A stretch of DNA of 64,000 nt from an uncultured Gammaproteobacteria bacterium (lineage in GTDB: Bacteria; Patescibacteriota; Microgenomatia; UBA8517). Location of the stretch: the NCBI GenBank assembly GCA_964427735.1, contig CAYRUS010000001.1, positions 98,173 through 162,172 of the forward strand. Reading direction: 5' to 3'. A program made the translations under genes and the position numbers. Positions within the stretch are counted from its first letter, which is position 1. The number at the start of each line of letters is the position of its first letter. This document shows positions 1 through 11,417 of the stretch, piece by piece. The notes beneath the pieces were generated by a model. The model did no database searches, was not told the DNA's origin, and saw nothing but the letters and a program-made list of their open reading frames with translations.

Positions 1-1
1 A

Positions 2-247
2 TCCTGCTTTTTTTATATGTTCTAATTTTTTTTGGTTTACGGCTTGTTGAGGAAGACCAAATTTAGTTCCTTTCCGAGTCTTTACCTCAACAAAAACCAA
101 TGTGTCTTTATCTATTGCAATTATGTCAATTTCTCCTAGTTTGGTTCTGTAGTTTCTTTCTAGGATTTTGTATCTCTTTTCTTCTCTTAGGAATTTACAA
201 GCAAGATCTTCACCGGAAAATCCTAGTTTTTTCTTATACAGCGCCAT
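2..247 (-). CDS. yraN: YraN/UPF0102 family endonuclease-like protein (runs off window edge)
   Basis: Manual translation from ATG at 247: MALYKKKLGFSGEDLACKFL...ILERNYRTKLGEIDIIAIDKDTLVFVEVKTR, with the GEIDII and FVEVKTR motifs; usual neighbour of rplS; absent from the ORF track. Confidence 0.9.
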   Translation of the reverse strand, partial: MALYKKKLGFSGEDLACKFLREEKRYKILERNYRTKLGEIDIIAIDKDTLVFVEVKTRKGTKFGLPQQAVNQKKLEHIKKAG

Positions 248-292
248 AATTAATATATTTTATGCTATGAAAAATATTAATAAAAAGAGGAG

Positions 293-736
293 TTATTTAA
301 TTTTTTTAGTTGAAGTTTTTGATTTGGTTTTAACAGAAGCTTTTACCTTCTTTACTTTTGGTTTTGTTACTTTTTCTTTTGCTATTGTTTCAATACTTCT
401 CCTTGATGCTCGTGAATAAATCTTTTCTATTTCCCTCTTTGATTTATCTCTAGTGTAATAGAGTTTAGCGTGCCTTGTCCCTTTTACGCCTTTTCTAACA
501 ACTTCAAGGTTTTCTATGGTGGGAGTTAGAAATGGAAAAATTCGCTCTATGCCAACTTGAGCAGAGCCAATACGTCTAACTGTAAAAGTTTTACCGTCAC
601 CATGACCTTTGATACCAATAACCATTCCTTCAAAAGCCTGAAGACGTTCTTTGTTTCCTTCTACTATCCGCTGAATTACTCTTACAGTGTCTCCGACACC
701 GAACTCAATTCCTTTTAATGTTGCTGTTAATGCCAT
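293..736 (-). CDS. rplS: 50S ribosomal protein L19
   Basis: FGVGDTVRV, KERLQAFEG, TFTVRRIG, GIERIFP, AKLYY; Lys-rich C-terminal tail; SD-like AAAGGA upstream. Confidence 0.97.
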   Translation of the reverse strand: MALTATLKGIEFGVGDTVRVIQRIVEGNKERLQAFEGMVIGIKGHGDGKTFTVRRIGSAQVGIERIFPFLTPTIENLEVVRKGVKGTRHAKLYYTRDKSKREIEKIYSRASRRSIETIAKEKVTKPKVKKVKASVKTKSKTSTKKIK

Positions 737-793
737 ATTAATTTTCCTTTTACGAGATAATCAAGGTATTCTACTACAAAACACTACCTATCT

Positions 794-3700
794 TCAAGAA
801 TCATGCGTATTTTCAAATATTTCTGAAATTTGCAGTGCTAAATCCTTGTCCCAAGAAATTTTAAGTTTTAATTCCAGCTTTTCTTGGTTTTCCTCAAATA
901 CAAGTGTAACTTTATTATTTCCTGGATTAGTTATTAGTAAATTTTTTAAGGTATTAAGTTGTTCTTTAGTACTCCCTCTAGGGATATTTATAAATAGTTC
1001 TCTATCTTTTTGCTGAAGAGATTGTTTATTATCGACTTCATCTACTAGAAGAGATAAAGAATCATCACGATTATCAATTTTTCCTGTAACAACTATCCCA
1101 CTACTTTCTATCCAAAAACTTTTTGTTTCTGCATAAATACCGGGGAACACAACCAAGTCCAAACTACCGGTTGAATCCTCTATTTTTACAAATGCCATCT
1201 CTTTCCCTCCTCTCTTGGTGACAACAGATCTTACTTCCTGAACAATTCCTGCAATTTTTACAGTTTCTTTTACGGGTAGTTCGTTACATTCTCCAATCTT
1301 GTGTGTTGCAAGCATAGAAAGCTCACCTAGTCTTTCTTCCAGAGGCTTGGCTGACAAAGAAAAACCTAAAAGCTGCCTTTCAAGTATTTCTAATTCTTCT
1401 TCCTTAAATTCATCAGTATAAGTAAGCAATGTACCACTATTTTCTACTTTAGCTGTCTCTATTAACTCTTCGGCACCAAATAATCCTTGTTGACCTTTAG
1501 CTGCTTTTGGTTTGCTAACTTTATTCTTTACATTTTCGTAAGAAGAAATCAAAGTTGCTCTATTACCAAAAGCAGATAATGCTCCTACCTTAATCAAGCT
1601 CTCTACAACCCTCTTGTTTACTTTTCTCGAATCAACTCTCGCCATAAAATCGGCAAAATTTGCAAACTCTGATACATCTCTCTCGACAAGTATTGCTTCA
1701 ATTGCTGCTTCTCCAACATTTTTAATTGCAGATAAACCAAAACGAATAGCTTTATTTTCTAGTGAATCATTATCTTCTTCTATAGTAAACCCAATAGCAC
1801 TTTTGTTTATATCCGGAGGTAGAACTTTAATTCCCATTCTTCTGCATTCTGTGACAGCAGCAGATATTTTTTCAGTATCACTAGCTTCAGCAGTAAGAAG
1901 TGCAGTCATATATTCAACAGGATAATTTGCCTTCATATAGGCAGTTTGATAGGCAACCATTCCATAGCTAGCAGCATGAGCCTTATTAAAACCATAAGAC
2001 TGAAACGGCTCGAACAGCTCCCACAGATCTTCTGCAAACTTTTTTGTTTGACCATTATTTATTATTCCTTCAATGAACTTCTTTTTTTGAGCCGCCATCT
2101 CTTCAGGGATTTTTTTACCGACAGCTTTTCTAAATTTATCTGCTTCCTCCCAGGTGTACCCTGCCAAGTCAATAGCACAGAAAAGCAAATCATCCTGATA
2201 TACAATCAATCCATAACTCATGTCCAAGAACTTTTCCATACGAGGGTCAAGATATTCTATTTTTTCTGGATTTTTCTTTCTTTCAATATACTCTGGTATA
2301 ACTGCCATTGGACCAGGTCTATAAAGTGCTACCATTGCCATAAGATCTTCTATCCTTTCTGGTTTTAATTCCATAAGGTGCTTTGTCATCCCTCCACTGG
2401 ATAGCTGGAATACACCCATTGTTTCACCACGGGAGAGCATATCGAATGTTTTTTCATCATCAAGAGGTATTTCCCAAATATTTATTTTTTTATTAGTTCT
2501 TTTTTCGACGATATCAATGGCATCCGCAAGAATTGCTAAGTTTCTTATTCCTAAAATATCAAATTTAATCAAGCCAACGTCCTCTGCAGCATGCATTTCA
2601 TATTGGGTGATTTTCTTTTCTCCAGATGGCTCCTTTTGAACTGGAGTAAAATCTGTTAGATCAGTTGGTGAAACAACTATCGCTGCAGCATGTACTGATA
2701 TATGCCTAGCTGACCCTTCAATTCTTTGAGCCAAGTCTAAAATCTTTTTTGTATCTTGATCTGATTCGTAAAGAGCTTTTAACTCAGCTGACTCTTTTAA
2801 AGCCCTTGGAATATCTATAGGGAATCCTTGTCTTGGTGGAGGTATTAATTTAGCTAATTTGTCTCCAACTTCATAGGGATATCCCAATACTCTAGCAACA
2901 TCTCTCACAGCAGCTCTGGACAGCATCCTTCCAAATGTACATATTTGAGCTACTTTTTCTTCTCCATACCGTTCTACCATATATTTTATAACTTCTTCTC
3001 TCTTGTTATCGGGAACATCGAAGTCAATATCTGGAGGAGAAGGTCTGTATGGATTTAAAAATCTCTCAAAGGGCAAATAATACTTGATGGGATCCACTGT
3101 TGTAACTCCAAGAACATATGAAACCAACGAACCTGCAGCTGAACCTCTTGTATTTGTGATAATGCCCTCTTTGTTGGCCCATTCAACCATGTCTCGTACG
3201 ATAAGAAAGTATGCTGCATATCCTTTTTGACATATAATATCCAGCTCGTATTCTAATCTTTCCTTTATTTCATTTGTTACTTCTTCATACTTTTCTTTAA
3301 GTCTCCTTCGTGCTTCTTCCTTTAAATAATCTTCAGCTTTTTTCCCTTCTGGAACTTTAAATTTAGGGAAAAACCATTTTCCCAGTGTGCTAATTTCTAA
3401 GTCAATCTTATCTGCTAACTTAACGGTATTTTCCAATGATTCGGGTAAATCAGGGAATAATTCTGCCATTTCTTCGGGAGATTTTATGTAATAAGAAGGA
3501 GTATCTACAAATCTAATACGCTTTGTGTCTGATACTTGTTTACCTGTTGCCACACATACCAATACATCTTGTGCTTCAGCATCCTCTTTGTTTACATAAT
3601 GGGCATCATTTGTTGAAACTATCGGAATACCTAATTCTCTCGAGAGCTTTACAACCCCCTCTGTAATTATTTTCTCGTTTTTAGCCATATTCCTTTGATC

Positions 3701-4282
3701 CTCTTGAATTTCCACTGCTGAGTTAGGATCAATGTATTTGTCGTATTCATGGTTTTGTATTTCGAGATAATAATCATCGCCAAATATATCCAAAAACCAC
3801 TGAGCTACTTTTCTTGCAGATTCCATATCATTATTCATTATATGCTGAGCTAATTCACCCGCAGGACAAGCAGATGTCACAATTAAGCCTTCTGAATAAT
3901 TTTTAAGAAGTGATCTTTGAATTCTGGGTCGGTAATAATAGCCCTCTAAATGAGCAATCGATGATATTTTCATTAAGTTCTTGTACCCAATCTCGTTTTT
4001 AGCTAACAGCAAAAGGTGATTATTCGAACTTTTACCCCTCTGAGGTTTTTTTCTATGATCATCAATTGTTGTGTAAGCTTCCATACCCACAATTGGCTTG
4101 ATCCCTTCGTTTTTTGCAGCTTTATAAAACTCTATAGCTCCATACATTACGCCGTGATCAGTTAAAGCAACACTATCCATTCCTTGTTCTTTAACTGTTT
4201 GTATTAGCTTTTTTATATTTGACAATCCATCTAAGAGAGAATATTCAGTATGAACATGAAGATGTACAAACTTACTCGACAT
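794..4282 (-). CDS. dnaE: DNA polymerase III alpha subunit
   Basis: PHP HLHVHTEYSLLDG, RGSAAGS, PPDIDFD, YGFNKAHAA, C-terminal OB fold; no intein-sized insert. Confidence 0.98.
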   Translation of the reverse strand: MSSKFVHLHVHTEYSLLDGLSNIKKLIQTVKEQGMDSVALTDHGVMYGAIEFYKAAKNEGIKPIVGMEAYTTIDDHRKKPQRGKSSNNHLLLLAKNEIGYKNLMKISSIAHLEGYYYRPRIQRSLLKNYSEGLIVTSACPAGELAQHIMNNDMESARKVAQWFLDIFGDDYYLEIQNHEYDKYIDPNSAVEIQEDQRNMAKNEKIITEGVVKLSRELGIPIVSTNDAHYVNKEDAEAQDVLVCVATGKQVSDTKRIRFVDTPSYYIKSPEEMAELFPDLPESLENTVKLADKIDLEISTLGKWFFPKFKVPEGKKAEDYLKEEARRRLKEKYEEVTNEIKERLEYELDIICQKGYAAYFLIVRDMVEWANKEGIITNTRGSAAGSLVSYVLGVTTVDPIKYYLPFERFLNPYRPSPPDIDFDVPDNKREEVIKYMVERYGEEKVAQICTFGRMLSRAAVRDVARVLGYPYEVGDKLAKLIPPPRQGFPIDIPRALKESAELKALYESDQDTKKILDLAQRIEGSARHISVHAAAIVVSPTDLTDFTPVQKEPSGEKKITQYEMHAAEDVGLIKFDILGIRNLAILADAIDIVEKRTNKKINIWEIPLDDEKTFDMLSRGETMGVFQLSSGGMTKHLMELKPERIEDLMAMVALYRPGPMAVIPEYIERKKNPEKIEYLDPRMEKFLDMSYGLIVYQDDLLFCAIDLAGYTWEEADKFRKAVGKKIPEEMAAQKKKFIEGIINNGQTKKFAEDLWELFEPFQSYGFNKAHAASYGMVAYQTAYMKANYPVEYMTALLTAEASDTEKISAAVTECRRMGIKVLPPDINKSAIGFTIEEDNDSLENKAIRFGLSAIKNVGEAAIEAILVERDVSEFANFADFMARVDSRKVNKRVVESLIKVGALSAFGNRATLISSYENVKNKVSKPKAAKGQQGLFGAEELIETAKVENSGTLLTYTDEFKEEELEILERQLLGFSLSAKPLEERLGELSMLATHKIGECNELPVKETVKIAGIVQEVRSVVTKRGGKEMAFVKIEDSTGSLDLVVFPGIYAETKSFWIESSGIVVTGKIDNRDDSLSLLVDEVDNKQSLQQKDRELFINIPRGSTKEQLNTLKNLLITNPGNNKVTLVFEENQEKLELKLKISWDKDLALQISEIFENTHDS

Positions 4283-4351
4283 AATGGTATCTTACCACTA
4301 ATCTAGGTTCATTTCTTTACCATTTTCAGAAGTTTTGGTCCCTATTATTAA

Positions 4352-5707
4352 TTAATTTCTTAGCTTTTTCAGCAATTTCTCCCTAATCATGGAGACTTCT
4401 CCTTTTCCTTTTAATTTCTTTTGGGCCATTCCGATCAAGTATCCAACAACCTGTTCCTTGCCATCTCTAAAATCTGCTACCGCTTTTTCTTCATCATTTA
4501 TAACTTCATCTACTGCTTTTTCTACTTCTCCACCAGAAGCATAATCTTTTTTAGAAATTTCTACTAACTTTTTGATTAATCCTCCAGGCTCTTTATATCT
4601 TTCATGCAACTTCTGATTGACCATAACATCGGCAATAAGCTTTGGACTAATGTTATGATCTATTGCAATTTTTACAGCTTTCTCGAAATAATCAGCCACA
4701 GCAATGTCTGTAATTAAAAAACTAGCAAAATGATCACTCAATGAATATTCTTGTTCAAATCTTTTGTATTTTTGGCTAGGTAATTCGGGCAAATTGTTCT
4801 TTAATTTCACAATTAGCTCAGGCTCTAACTCAATAGGAGGCAAATCAGGATCAGGGAAATATCGATAATCTTGAGCCTCTTCTTTAACTCGCTGTGAAAA
4901 AGTCCTGTCTTTATTTTCATCATAACCCCTTGTCTCTTGGACCAATTCTTCTCCGTTTTCTATTGCCTGTCTTTGCCTACCTATTTCTGCTTCAAGTGCT
5001 TTTTGCAAAAATTTAAAAGAATTTATATTCTTTAGTTCAACTTTGTAATTTGGCAACTCCCTTTCTCCATTCTCTGTTTTATGACTATCTACATCCATCA
5101 TTGATATATTAGCTTCTAACCTCATTGAACCTTTTTCCATATCTGCGTCAGAAATACCTATATATCGCACTATTTGCTGAACTTCGCGCAAAAACTCTAC
5201 AACTTCTAATGGATCATCAAAGTCAGGCTCAGTTACCATTTCTACTAGTGGCACACCGCTTCTATTAAAATCAATTAAAGAAACTTTTTTCGAATCCAAC
5301 TCCGAATGTACTAATTTACCGGTATCTTCCTCTAAATGGATTCTCCTTATATTAATTTTTCTTGTTTTTCCTTCAAATTTCACCTCATGACTACCTTCAT
5401 AGCATAAAGGCTGATCATACTGACTGATCTGATATCCTTTAGGTAAATCAGGATAAAAATAATGTTTACGATCAAATTTGCTAGAGAGGTTGATATTGCA
5501 ATCAAAAGCCAAACCAAGCATGACTGTATCTTCAATAGCCTTTTTGTTCGCATAAGGCAAAGCACCGGGTAATCCTAAACAAACAGGACAAGTGTTAGTG
5601 TTTGGCTTTTCTGCAAAATGAGCAGCACTACAGCGGCAAAACATTTTGGAATTTGTTGATAACTCAATATGTACTTCTAAACCTATAACCGGTATTAAAT
5701 TTGTCAT
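4352..5707 (-). CDS. gatB: Asp/Glu-tRNA amidotransferase subunit B
   Basis: [47 protein letters not shown]. Confidence 0.98.
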   Translation of the reverse strand: MTNLIPVIGLEVHIELSTNSKMFCRCSAAHFAEKPNTNTCPVCLGLPGALPYANKKAIEDTVMLGLAFDCNINLSSKFDRKHYFYPDLPKGYQISQYDQPLCYEGSHEVKFEGKTRKINIRRIHLEEDTGKLVHSELDSKKVSLIDFNRSGVPLVEMVTEPDFDDPLEVVEFLREVQQIVRYIGISDADMEKGSMRLEANISMMDVDSHKTENGERELPNYKVELKNINSFKFLQKALEAEIGRQRQAIENGEELVQETRGYDENKDRTFSQRVKEEAQDYRYFPDPDLPPIELEPELIVKLKNNLPELPSQKYKRFEQEYSLSDHFASFLITDIAVADYFEKAVKIAIDHNISPKLIADVMVNQKLHERYKEPGGLIKKLVEISKKDYASGGEVEKAVDEVINDEEKAVADFRDGKEQVVGYLIGMAQKKLKGKGEVSMIREKLLKKLRN

Positions 5708-5708
5708 G

Positions 5709-6974
5709 TTAAATTTTTGCCTCCCTTATATCCATCTCGAATATTTTAGCACCGTTTTTCCTAAAAAGATAAATCGCTAATAAAATGAACAAATCTAATA
5801 ATACAAGAACCATCTTAACACCAAACAACTGTGAAATCGCACCAGAAAATATTATCGGAATCATTGTAGATGCTGTAACTAAAAACCAGAAACTTCCGAA
5901 TATCCTACCCCTTAACCGATCTGGTGTAAACTCCTGAATATAAACTTGTGTAGGTATAAAAACACCTACAAAGAAGGCTCCTATAAAAATAGTCGCAGTA
6001 AATGCAAATATCAAGCTCAAGGTGTGACTTACATTCGGTACCACAACGCCGATTAGTAACAATAACCCTGCTAGCCCATATAATGAGTTTTTTACAATGA
6101 TTGATTTTTCGGTTCCCTTTTTAAGCATTTTAGGCACTAGAATAGAACTCAATGCAGCTCCTATTCCTGTGGGAAGAATTAAATAAAGTCCTGTGTGATC
6201 AACATTCACTTTTAATATTTCACTAGCTATTGCCGGCACGCTCACTATGAGAATATTTAAGCCTACCCATAAACCCAAAAGTAAAGAAAATGGAAATAAA
6301 ACATTTGTGTTGTTTTTAAGAAATTTATATCCTTCTATAGTTCTTTTCATAAAACTTTTTAATCTGTTTTCATAATCGTCTCTCTCTTCAGAAAGAGGTA
6401 CAAGTGGTGGCAGAAAGCTTACAGATAAAAATGCAAGAAACATAAATATTGAGCAAAGCAGCAAAGAGTTATCAAAACCAAAATAATGATTCATAAATCC
6501 GGCTAAAGTAATTCCAAAAATTATTGCACCTTGTTGAGTGATCAAAAATAATGAATTTGCTTCAGCTAGATCAGCTTTTTTTACAAGTAGTGGGAGAGAC
6601 GCAGCTTCTGAAGGTACATAAAATTGGTTTAGCAAAGAATATGTAAAAACAACTGCATAAGTCAAAAACAAGCTATTAGTATAAGAAATCATAAATAATA
6701 TAATTACAACAGCCTGAAGGATGTTCGAAAACATAAGTACTCTTCTTCTATCAGTCATATCTACGGCTGTAGAAGCAAAAGGCCCAACTAAAAGTGCAGG
6801 AAGTGAATAAAAAATCCACAGTAATGAATTAGAAAAACTAGAACCTGTTAATTTGTACAATCTAATCAAAAGCAAAAAATTTATAATATTTATAGTAACT
6901 TGTGACAACAACTGAGAAAGCCATAGCTTAGTGAAGTCAAAATTGAATAAAAGTCTTTTATAGTCTGAAATCAT
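5709..6974 (-). CDS. MFS transporter (about 12 TM)
   Basis: About 12 hydrophobic segments; motif-A-like [10 protein letters not shown]; [12 protein letters not shown] in the C-terminal half. Confidence 0.85.
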   Translation of the reverse strand: MISDYKRLLFNFDFTKLWLSQLLSQVTINIINFLLLIRLYKLTGSSFSNSLLWIFYSLPALLVGPFASTAVDMTDRRRVLMFSNILQAVVIILFMISYTNSLFLTYAVVFTYSLLNQFYVPSEAASLPLLVKKADLAEANSLFLITQQGAIIFGITLAGFMNHYFGFDNSLLLCSIFMFLAFLSVSFLPPLVPLSEERDDYENRLKSFMKRTIEGYKFLKNNTNVLFPFSLLLGLWVGLNILIVSVPAIASEILKVNVDHTGLYLILPTGIGAALSSILVPKMLKKGTEKSIIVKNSLYGLAGLLLLIGVVVPNVSHTLSLIFAFTATIFIGAFFVGVFIPTQVYIQEFTPDRLRGRIFGSFWFLVTASTMIPIIFSGAISQLFGVKMVLVLLDLFILLAIYLFRKNGAKIFEMDIREAKI

Positions 6975-6987
6975 GTTTAGGAAGATT

Positions 6988-8406
6988 TTAGTCGCTTTGT
7001 CCTAGATTAGGTGTTTTTAAATGCCAATCTGTTTTTTCTTGGTACAATTTCCCTAATTTAAACAAAGTACCTTCATAAAATCTTGGTCCCATTAACTGGA
7101 ACCCAACTGGAAGCCCTTCATTTGTAAATCCAGCAGGAATAGATATTGCAGGTATTCCAGCTAAATTAGCAGAAACTGTCAAAACATCGGCTAGATACAT
7201 TTGCAAGGGATCATCGCTTTTTTCACCTACTTTAAATGGAGGTGTAGGTGAAACAGGAGCAATCAGAGCATCAACTTCTTCAAATGCTTTATCAAAGTCT
7301 TTAATTACCTTTGATCTAACCTTCATAGCTTTCAAATAATAAGCGTCATAGTAGCCTGCAGAAAGCACATAAGTTCCTAGCATTATTCTTCTTTTTGCCT
7401 CTTCTCCAAAAGTGATTCTATCATTTCCGTACCTTACTCCATCAAACCGTGCGAGGTTCGACGAAACTTCTGCAGGCTGAACAATATAATAAACATTAAT
7501 AGCGTGCTTTGTATTTGGCAAAGAAACTTCCACAAATTCAATTCCAGCTTTTTTATACACTTTAACTGCATCCAATACCTTTTCTTCTATCTCTTTATCA
7601 AGCCCCTCCGCAAAATATTCTTTAGGTATACCAATTTTTAATTTTTCATTTTTTGATGATTTTGTCTGTGTATCAACAACTGTAGAATCTTTACGATCTA
7701 AGCCCTTTGTTAGCTCGAAGATTGTCTGAGCATCTACAACGCTCCTAGCAAATGAACCCATACAATCAAGAGAACTTGCCATTGCTACAACACCATACCT
7801 AGATACTGCCCCGTATGTTGGTTTTAATCCGACTGTGTTTGTGAAGCTTGCAGGAAGTCTGATAGAACCACCAGTATCTGATCCCATTGCAAAAAGAGAG
7901 AAACGAGAAGAAACAGATACTGCAGAACCACTGGAGGATCCGCCGGGAACGTATTCATAATTCCATGGATTTTTAGTTGGACCAAAATCTGAATTTTCTC
8001 CACTAGCACCGTGTGCCCAAGCATCCAAATTGGTTTTACCAATCGTAATAGCACCAGCTTTTTTAAGTTTCTTTACTACAGTAGCACTGTAAGATGGAAT
8101 ATAAGTTTCTAATACTTTAGAGCCTGCAGTTGTCCTAGTACCTTTTGTTAAATAAATATCTTTATAAGCAACAACGCTACCTAATAAAGGCTGCTCTTCA
8201 AAAGCTTTTTTCCCTAAAACATTTATACGATCCTGACTGATTTTTGCTTGCTTATACGCCTTTTCTTCTGTAACAGTTATAAAAGAATTCAGATTTTTAT
8301 CAAACCTTTTTATTCTTGCCAAATATTCATCCACTAAATCAACAACTGTGTATTCTTTGTTTAGTAAGCCCTTTTTGTTCTCTTCGATGGTAAGAGGTAG
8401 TTTCAT
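6988..8406 (-). CDS. gatA: Asp/Glu-tRNA amidotransferase subunit A
   Basis: Amidase signature GKTNLD, PGGSSSGSA, GSDTGGSIRLPA; RRIMLGTYVLSAGYYDAYY. Confidence 0.97.
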   Translation of the reverse strand: MKLPLTIEENKKGLLNKEYTVVDLVDEYLARIKRFDKNLNSFITVTEEKAYKQAKISQDRINVLGKKAFEEQPLLGSVVAYKDIYLTKGTRTTAGSKVLETYIPSYSATVVKKLKKAGAITIGKTNLDAWAHGASGENSDFGPTKNPWNYEYVPGGSSSGSAVSVSSRFSLFAMGSDTGGSIRLPASFTNTVGLKPTYGAVSRYGVVAMASSLDCMGSFARSVVDAQTIFELTKGLDRKDSTVVDTQTKSSKNEKLKIGIPKEYFAEGLDKEIEEKVLDAVKVYKKAGIEFVEVSLPNTKHAINVYYIVQPAEVSSNLARFDGVRYGNDRITFGEEAKRRIMLGTYVLSAGYYDAYYLKAMKVRSKVIKDFDKAFEEVDALIAPVSPTPPFKVGEKSDDPLQMYLADVLTVSANLAGIPAISIPAGFTNEGLPVGFQLMGPRFYEGTLFKLGKLYQEKTDWHLKTPNLGQSD

Positions 8407-8711
8407 ATGTTGTCCTTTTCCAATAAAGCAGGAACTACAAAGTAACCATTATAAGTTTTGTCTGTGCCGGAAAGTGCTTTCTCCTGTGAGAGTGTTTCTT
8501 CTGGAACAATCTCATCTTCGCGAGTGATATTAATCAGTCCTGTTGTTTGTGCAGTTGGTTCGCTATTTTTTGTATCAGATTGTTCAAGTTGTTCAACATG
8601 GTCAATTATTTGAGTTAATTGTTCCTGGTGCTTTGTTATTTCTTCTTCACTAAGTGGAAGTTTCGCAAGCCTTGCTACATGACCTACATCTTTTTTTGTT
8701 AGCTTTGCCAT
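8403..8711 (-). CDS. gatC: Asp/Glu-tRNA amidotransferase subunit C (likely start ATG 8711)
   Basis: MAKLTKKDVGHVARLAKL...REDE...GYFVVP; overlaps the gatA start. Confidence 0.93.
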   Translation of the reverse strand: MAKLTKKDVGHVARLAKLPLSEEEITKHQEQLTQIIDHVEQLEQSDTKNSEPTAQTTGLINITREDEIVPEETLSQEKALSGTDKTYNGYFVVPALLEKDNI

Positions 8712-8826
8712 AAAGTATATGATACTACCAGAAAGTCCAACGGACAAGAAAGAAGTCAGTGTTATTTAACGATACGATTTTTCTTTAATACTTTTGTATA
8801 TTTGGAATAGCAGAATGCTTTTAGGA

Positions 8827-9075
8827 CTAAAAAATATAAGAAAACCTATCAAAAGAGTAGTTGACAATGAACTTAAAGACCTGATTAAACGAAAAACTCG
8901 ATTCACAATAACTAGTTAAATCCTGATTCAGACCTGTTATTGGAATTCTTTTAATTGCTTCATTTACCTCTTGCCTGTTACTTAAAAATTCCTGAAATTC
9001 ACTTTCTGATTTAGCTCTTGATATGTTAAAAGGAGATTATTCAGACGGTTTAAAACTTTCTCCAAAATCTGCCAT
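8827..9075 (-). pseudogene. Possible small ORF interrupted by an in-frame stop
   Basis: ATG at 9075, 8 nt after the clpB stop, reads MADFGESFKPSE, then TAA at 9039-9037, then 69 further open codons in the same frame (SPFNISRAKSESEFQEFL...) to TAG at 8827. Confidence 0.4.
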
Positions 9076-9083
9076 GACAATTT

Positions 9084-11261
9084 TTAACTCACCAACTTTG
9101 TTGCAATCTTTAGTCCATCTTTTCCTGTTTTTACTTCAACTGCATCACCATCTGTAAGCTTTCCTTCTATTATTAAAAATGATACTTCATCCAAGATTTC
9201 ATCATTTATAAGCCTTTTTAACGGTCTTGCTCCAAATATAGGATCATATCCTTTTTGAGCTAAGTACTTTTTGGCTTTCTCGCTAACTGTCAAGCTAATT
9301 CCTTGTTCGGCAAGTCTTTCTCTTAAGTCATCAATTTGAATTTCTACAATCTTGTTTAACACACCAGGTGTTAAAGGTTTGTAAACTACTACGGCATCCA
9401 AACGATTTAAAAACTCTGGCTTAAAGGTTATATTTAATAATTTTTCTATTTCTTCGTTCAATTCTTTCTCTTGACCAATTTTTTCTCTTATAATGTCACT
9501 ACCGAGATTAGAGGTCATAATGATAATTGTGTTTTTAAAATCAACCAATCTCCCTTTACCGTCAGTTAAGCGACCATCATCAAAAACTTGAAGCAGTAGA
9601 TTGAATATGTTCGGATGAGCTTTTTCTATTTCGTCTAATAAAACAACAGAATATGGTCTTCTTCTGATAGCTTCTGTTAATTGCCCTCCTTCTTCATAGC
9701 CAACATATCCCGGAGGTGATCCAATCAGCCGTGCAACTGAGTGCTCTTCCTGGAATTCACTCATGTCAATTCTAACCATTGCATCATCACTTCCCATCAT
9801 GAATTCAGCCAAAGCTTTAGCTGTCTCTGTCTTACCAACTCCTGTTGGACCTAAAAATAAAAATGTTCCAATCGGACCCGTTAAAGAAGTAACTCCTGCA
9901 CGGTTTCTTCTAATTGCTTTGGCTACTGCTTCTAATCCTTCATCTTGACCGACCACGCGCTTTTCAAGTTCTTTTTCTAAATTAACTAACTTATCAGCTT
10001 CTGTTGATAATAGTTTACTTACAGGTACACCTGTCCAACGAGAAACAACTTGAGCTATATCTTCCTCTGAAACTTCTTCTCTTAAGAGTTTCTCATCATC
10101 TGGAATTTGCTTCCACTCTTTCTCATAGCTTTTTAGTTTTTCCTCTACTTCTGGAAGTTTCCCATATTTTATTTTTGCAGCCTTTTCCAATTCTACTTCT
10201 CTTTCGTACTTTTCAAGCTCAATTTTTAGTTTATCTATTTCTTTTCTTGCATCCTGTATTTTTTTGATAATCTCTTTTTGTTTTTCCCATTTTTTCTCCA
10301 ACTCTTTAGTTTCTGCTTTTAAATCATTTAGTTTGTCTTTTATTTCTTCTTTTTTAGATTCAATTCCTCTACCTTTTTCTCTTTTTAATCCAGCTAGTTC
10401 AATCTCCAATTGTGTAATTTTTCTCTTTTTTAAATCAAGTTCTGTAGGCATACTTTCAGTCTCAATTCTTAATGCTGAAGTGGCTTCATCAATCAAGTCG
10501 ATTGCCTTGTCTGGAAGAAATCTATCTGAAATGTAACGATCTGATAGCTTAGCAGCTGCGATTACTGCATCATCTGTTATTTGAATACCATGATGAACTT
10601 CATATTTCTCTTTAATTCCACGAAGTATGGCTACAGTGTCTCCCACAGACGGTTCAGTCAAATAAACTGGCTGAAATCGCCTTTCTAATGCAGCATCTCT
10701 TTCAATATATTTCCTATACTCATCAACCGTTGTTGCACCGATCACTCTGAGAGTTCCTTTTGCCAAAGGAGGTTTAAGCATGTTGGATGCATCAACAGCT
10801 CCCTCTGCGCCACCTGCTCCAACTATTGTATGAAGCTCATCTATAAACAAAATATATTTTCCAGCACCTTCCTCTACCTCTTTGATAATATTTTTTAGTC
10901 GTTCCTCAAATTCACCTCTATATTTAGCACCTGCAAGTATTGTTGCAATATCCAAAACAAGTAGATCTTTATCCTTCAAAGAATCAGGGACATCTCCAGA
11001 GGTGATTCTTTGAGCAAGTCCCTCTACGACAGCAGTCTTACCTACACCAGGATCTCCAATTAATATCGGGTTGTTTTTAGTTCTTCTAGAGAGAATTTGC
11101 ATTATACGTCTTATTTCTGTGTCTCTTCCAATAACCGGGTCTATTTTTCCTTCTTTTGCAAGATCAGTAAGGTTAGTTGTGTATTTGGGAAGAAATGGTC
11201 CTTCCTCTTTTGGAGTGTCGATAATTATTCGTGGCTGATTTGCATCATTATTACCATTCAT
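9084..11261 (-). CDS. clpB: Chaperone ClpB lacking the N-terminal Clp-repeat domain
   Basis: Two AAA+ modules ([16 protein letters not shown]), coiled-coil M domain with [23 protein letters not shown]; the protein starts only about 40 aa before IDPVIGRD. Confidence 0.93.
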   Translation of the reverse strand: MNGNNDANQPRIIIDTPKEEGPFLPKYTTNLTDLAKEGKIDPVIGRDTEIRRIMQILSRRTKNNPILIGDPGVGKTAVVEGLAQRITSGDVPDSLKDKDLLVLDIATILAGAKYRGEFEERLKNIIKEVEEGAGKYILFIDELHTIVGAGGAEGAVDASNMLKPPLAKGTLRVIGATTVDEYRKYIERDAALERRFQPVYLTEPSVGDTVAILRGIKEKYEVHHGIQITDDAVIAAAKLSDRYISDRFLPDKAIDLIDEATSALRIETESMPTELDLKKRKITQLEIELAGLKREKGRGIESKKEEIKDKLNDLKAETKELEKKWEKQKEIIKKIQDARKEIDKLKIELEKYEREVELEKAAKIKYGKLPEVEEKLKSYEKEWKQIPDDEKLLREEVSEEDIAQVVSRWTGVPVSKLLSTEADKLVNLEKELEKRVVGQDEGLEAVAKAIRRNRAGVTSLTGPIGTFLFLGPTGVGKTETAKALAEFMMGSDDAMVRIDMSEFQEEHSVARLIGSPPGYVGYEEGGQLTEAIRRRPYSVVLLDEIEKAHPNIFNLLLQVFDDGRLTDGKGRLVDFKNTIIIMTSNLGSDIIREKIGQEKELNEEIEKLLNITFKPEFLNRLDAVVVYKPLTPGVLNKIVEIQIDDLRERLAEQGISLTVSEKAKKYLAQKGYDPIFGARPLKRLINDEILDEVSFLIIEGKLTDGDAVEVKTGKDGLKIATKLVS

Positions 11262-11269
11262 ATAATGCT

Positions 11270-11299
11270 ATTGTACACACATTAGCACTCATGAGTCAA
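11270..11299 (-). promoter_or_regulatory. Sigma70-type promoter of clpB
   Basis: TTGACT-N18-TACAAT-N8-ATG on the minus strand; the -35 lies inside the CIRCE spacer. Confidence 0.7.
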
Positions 11300-11308
11300 G
11301 AGTGCCAA
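11282..11308. promoter_or_regulatory. CIRCE element (HrcA operator) upstream of clpB
   Basis: TTAGCACTC-ATGAGTCAA-GAGTGCCAA matches TTAGCACTC-N9-GAGTGCTAA with one mismatch, 20 nt upstream of the clpB ATG. Confidence 0.93.
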
Positions 11309-11417
11309 TGGGGAATCAATTTGTAGTTTTATGTTTCTTTAGCTTTCCTTGAGATTTAAAATATAAATATTCAAGTTCCATACTTTTTCCAATTAAAAGT
11401 ACGCCATCGAAGCAGAC

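Noticed and set aside
794-11261. Inteins or introns in dnaE and clpB
   Set aside because: Lengths and motif spacing leave no room for an insertion, and no splice-junction motifs were seen
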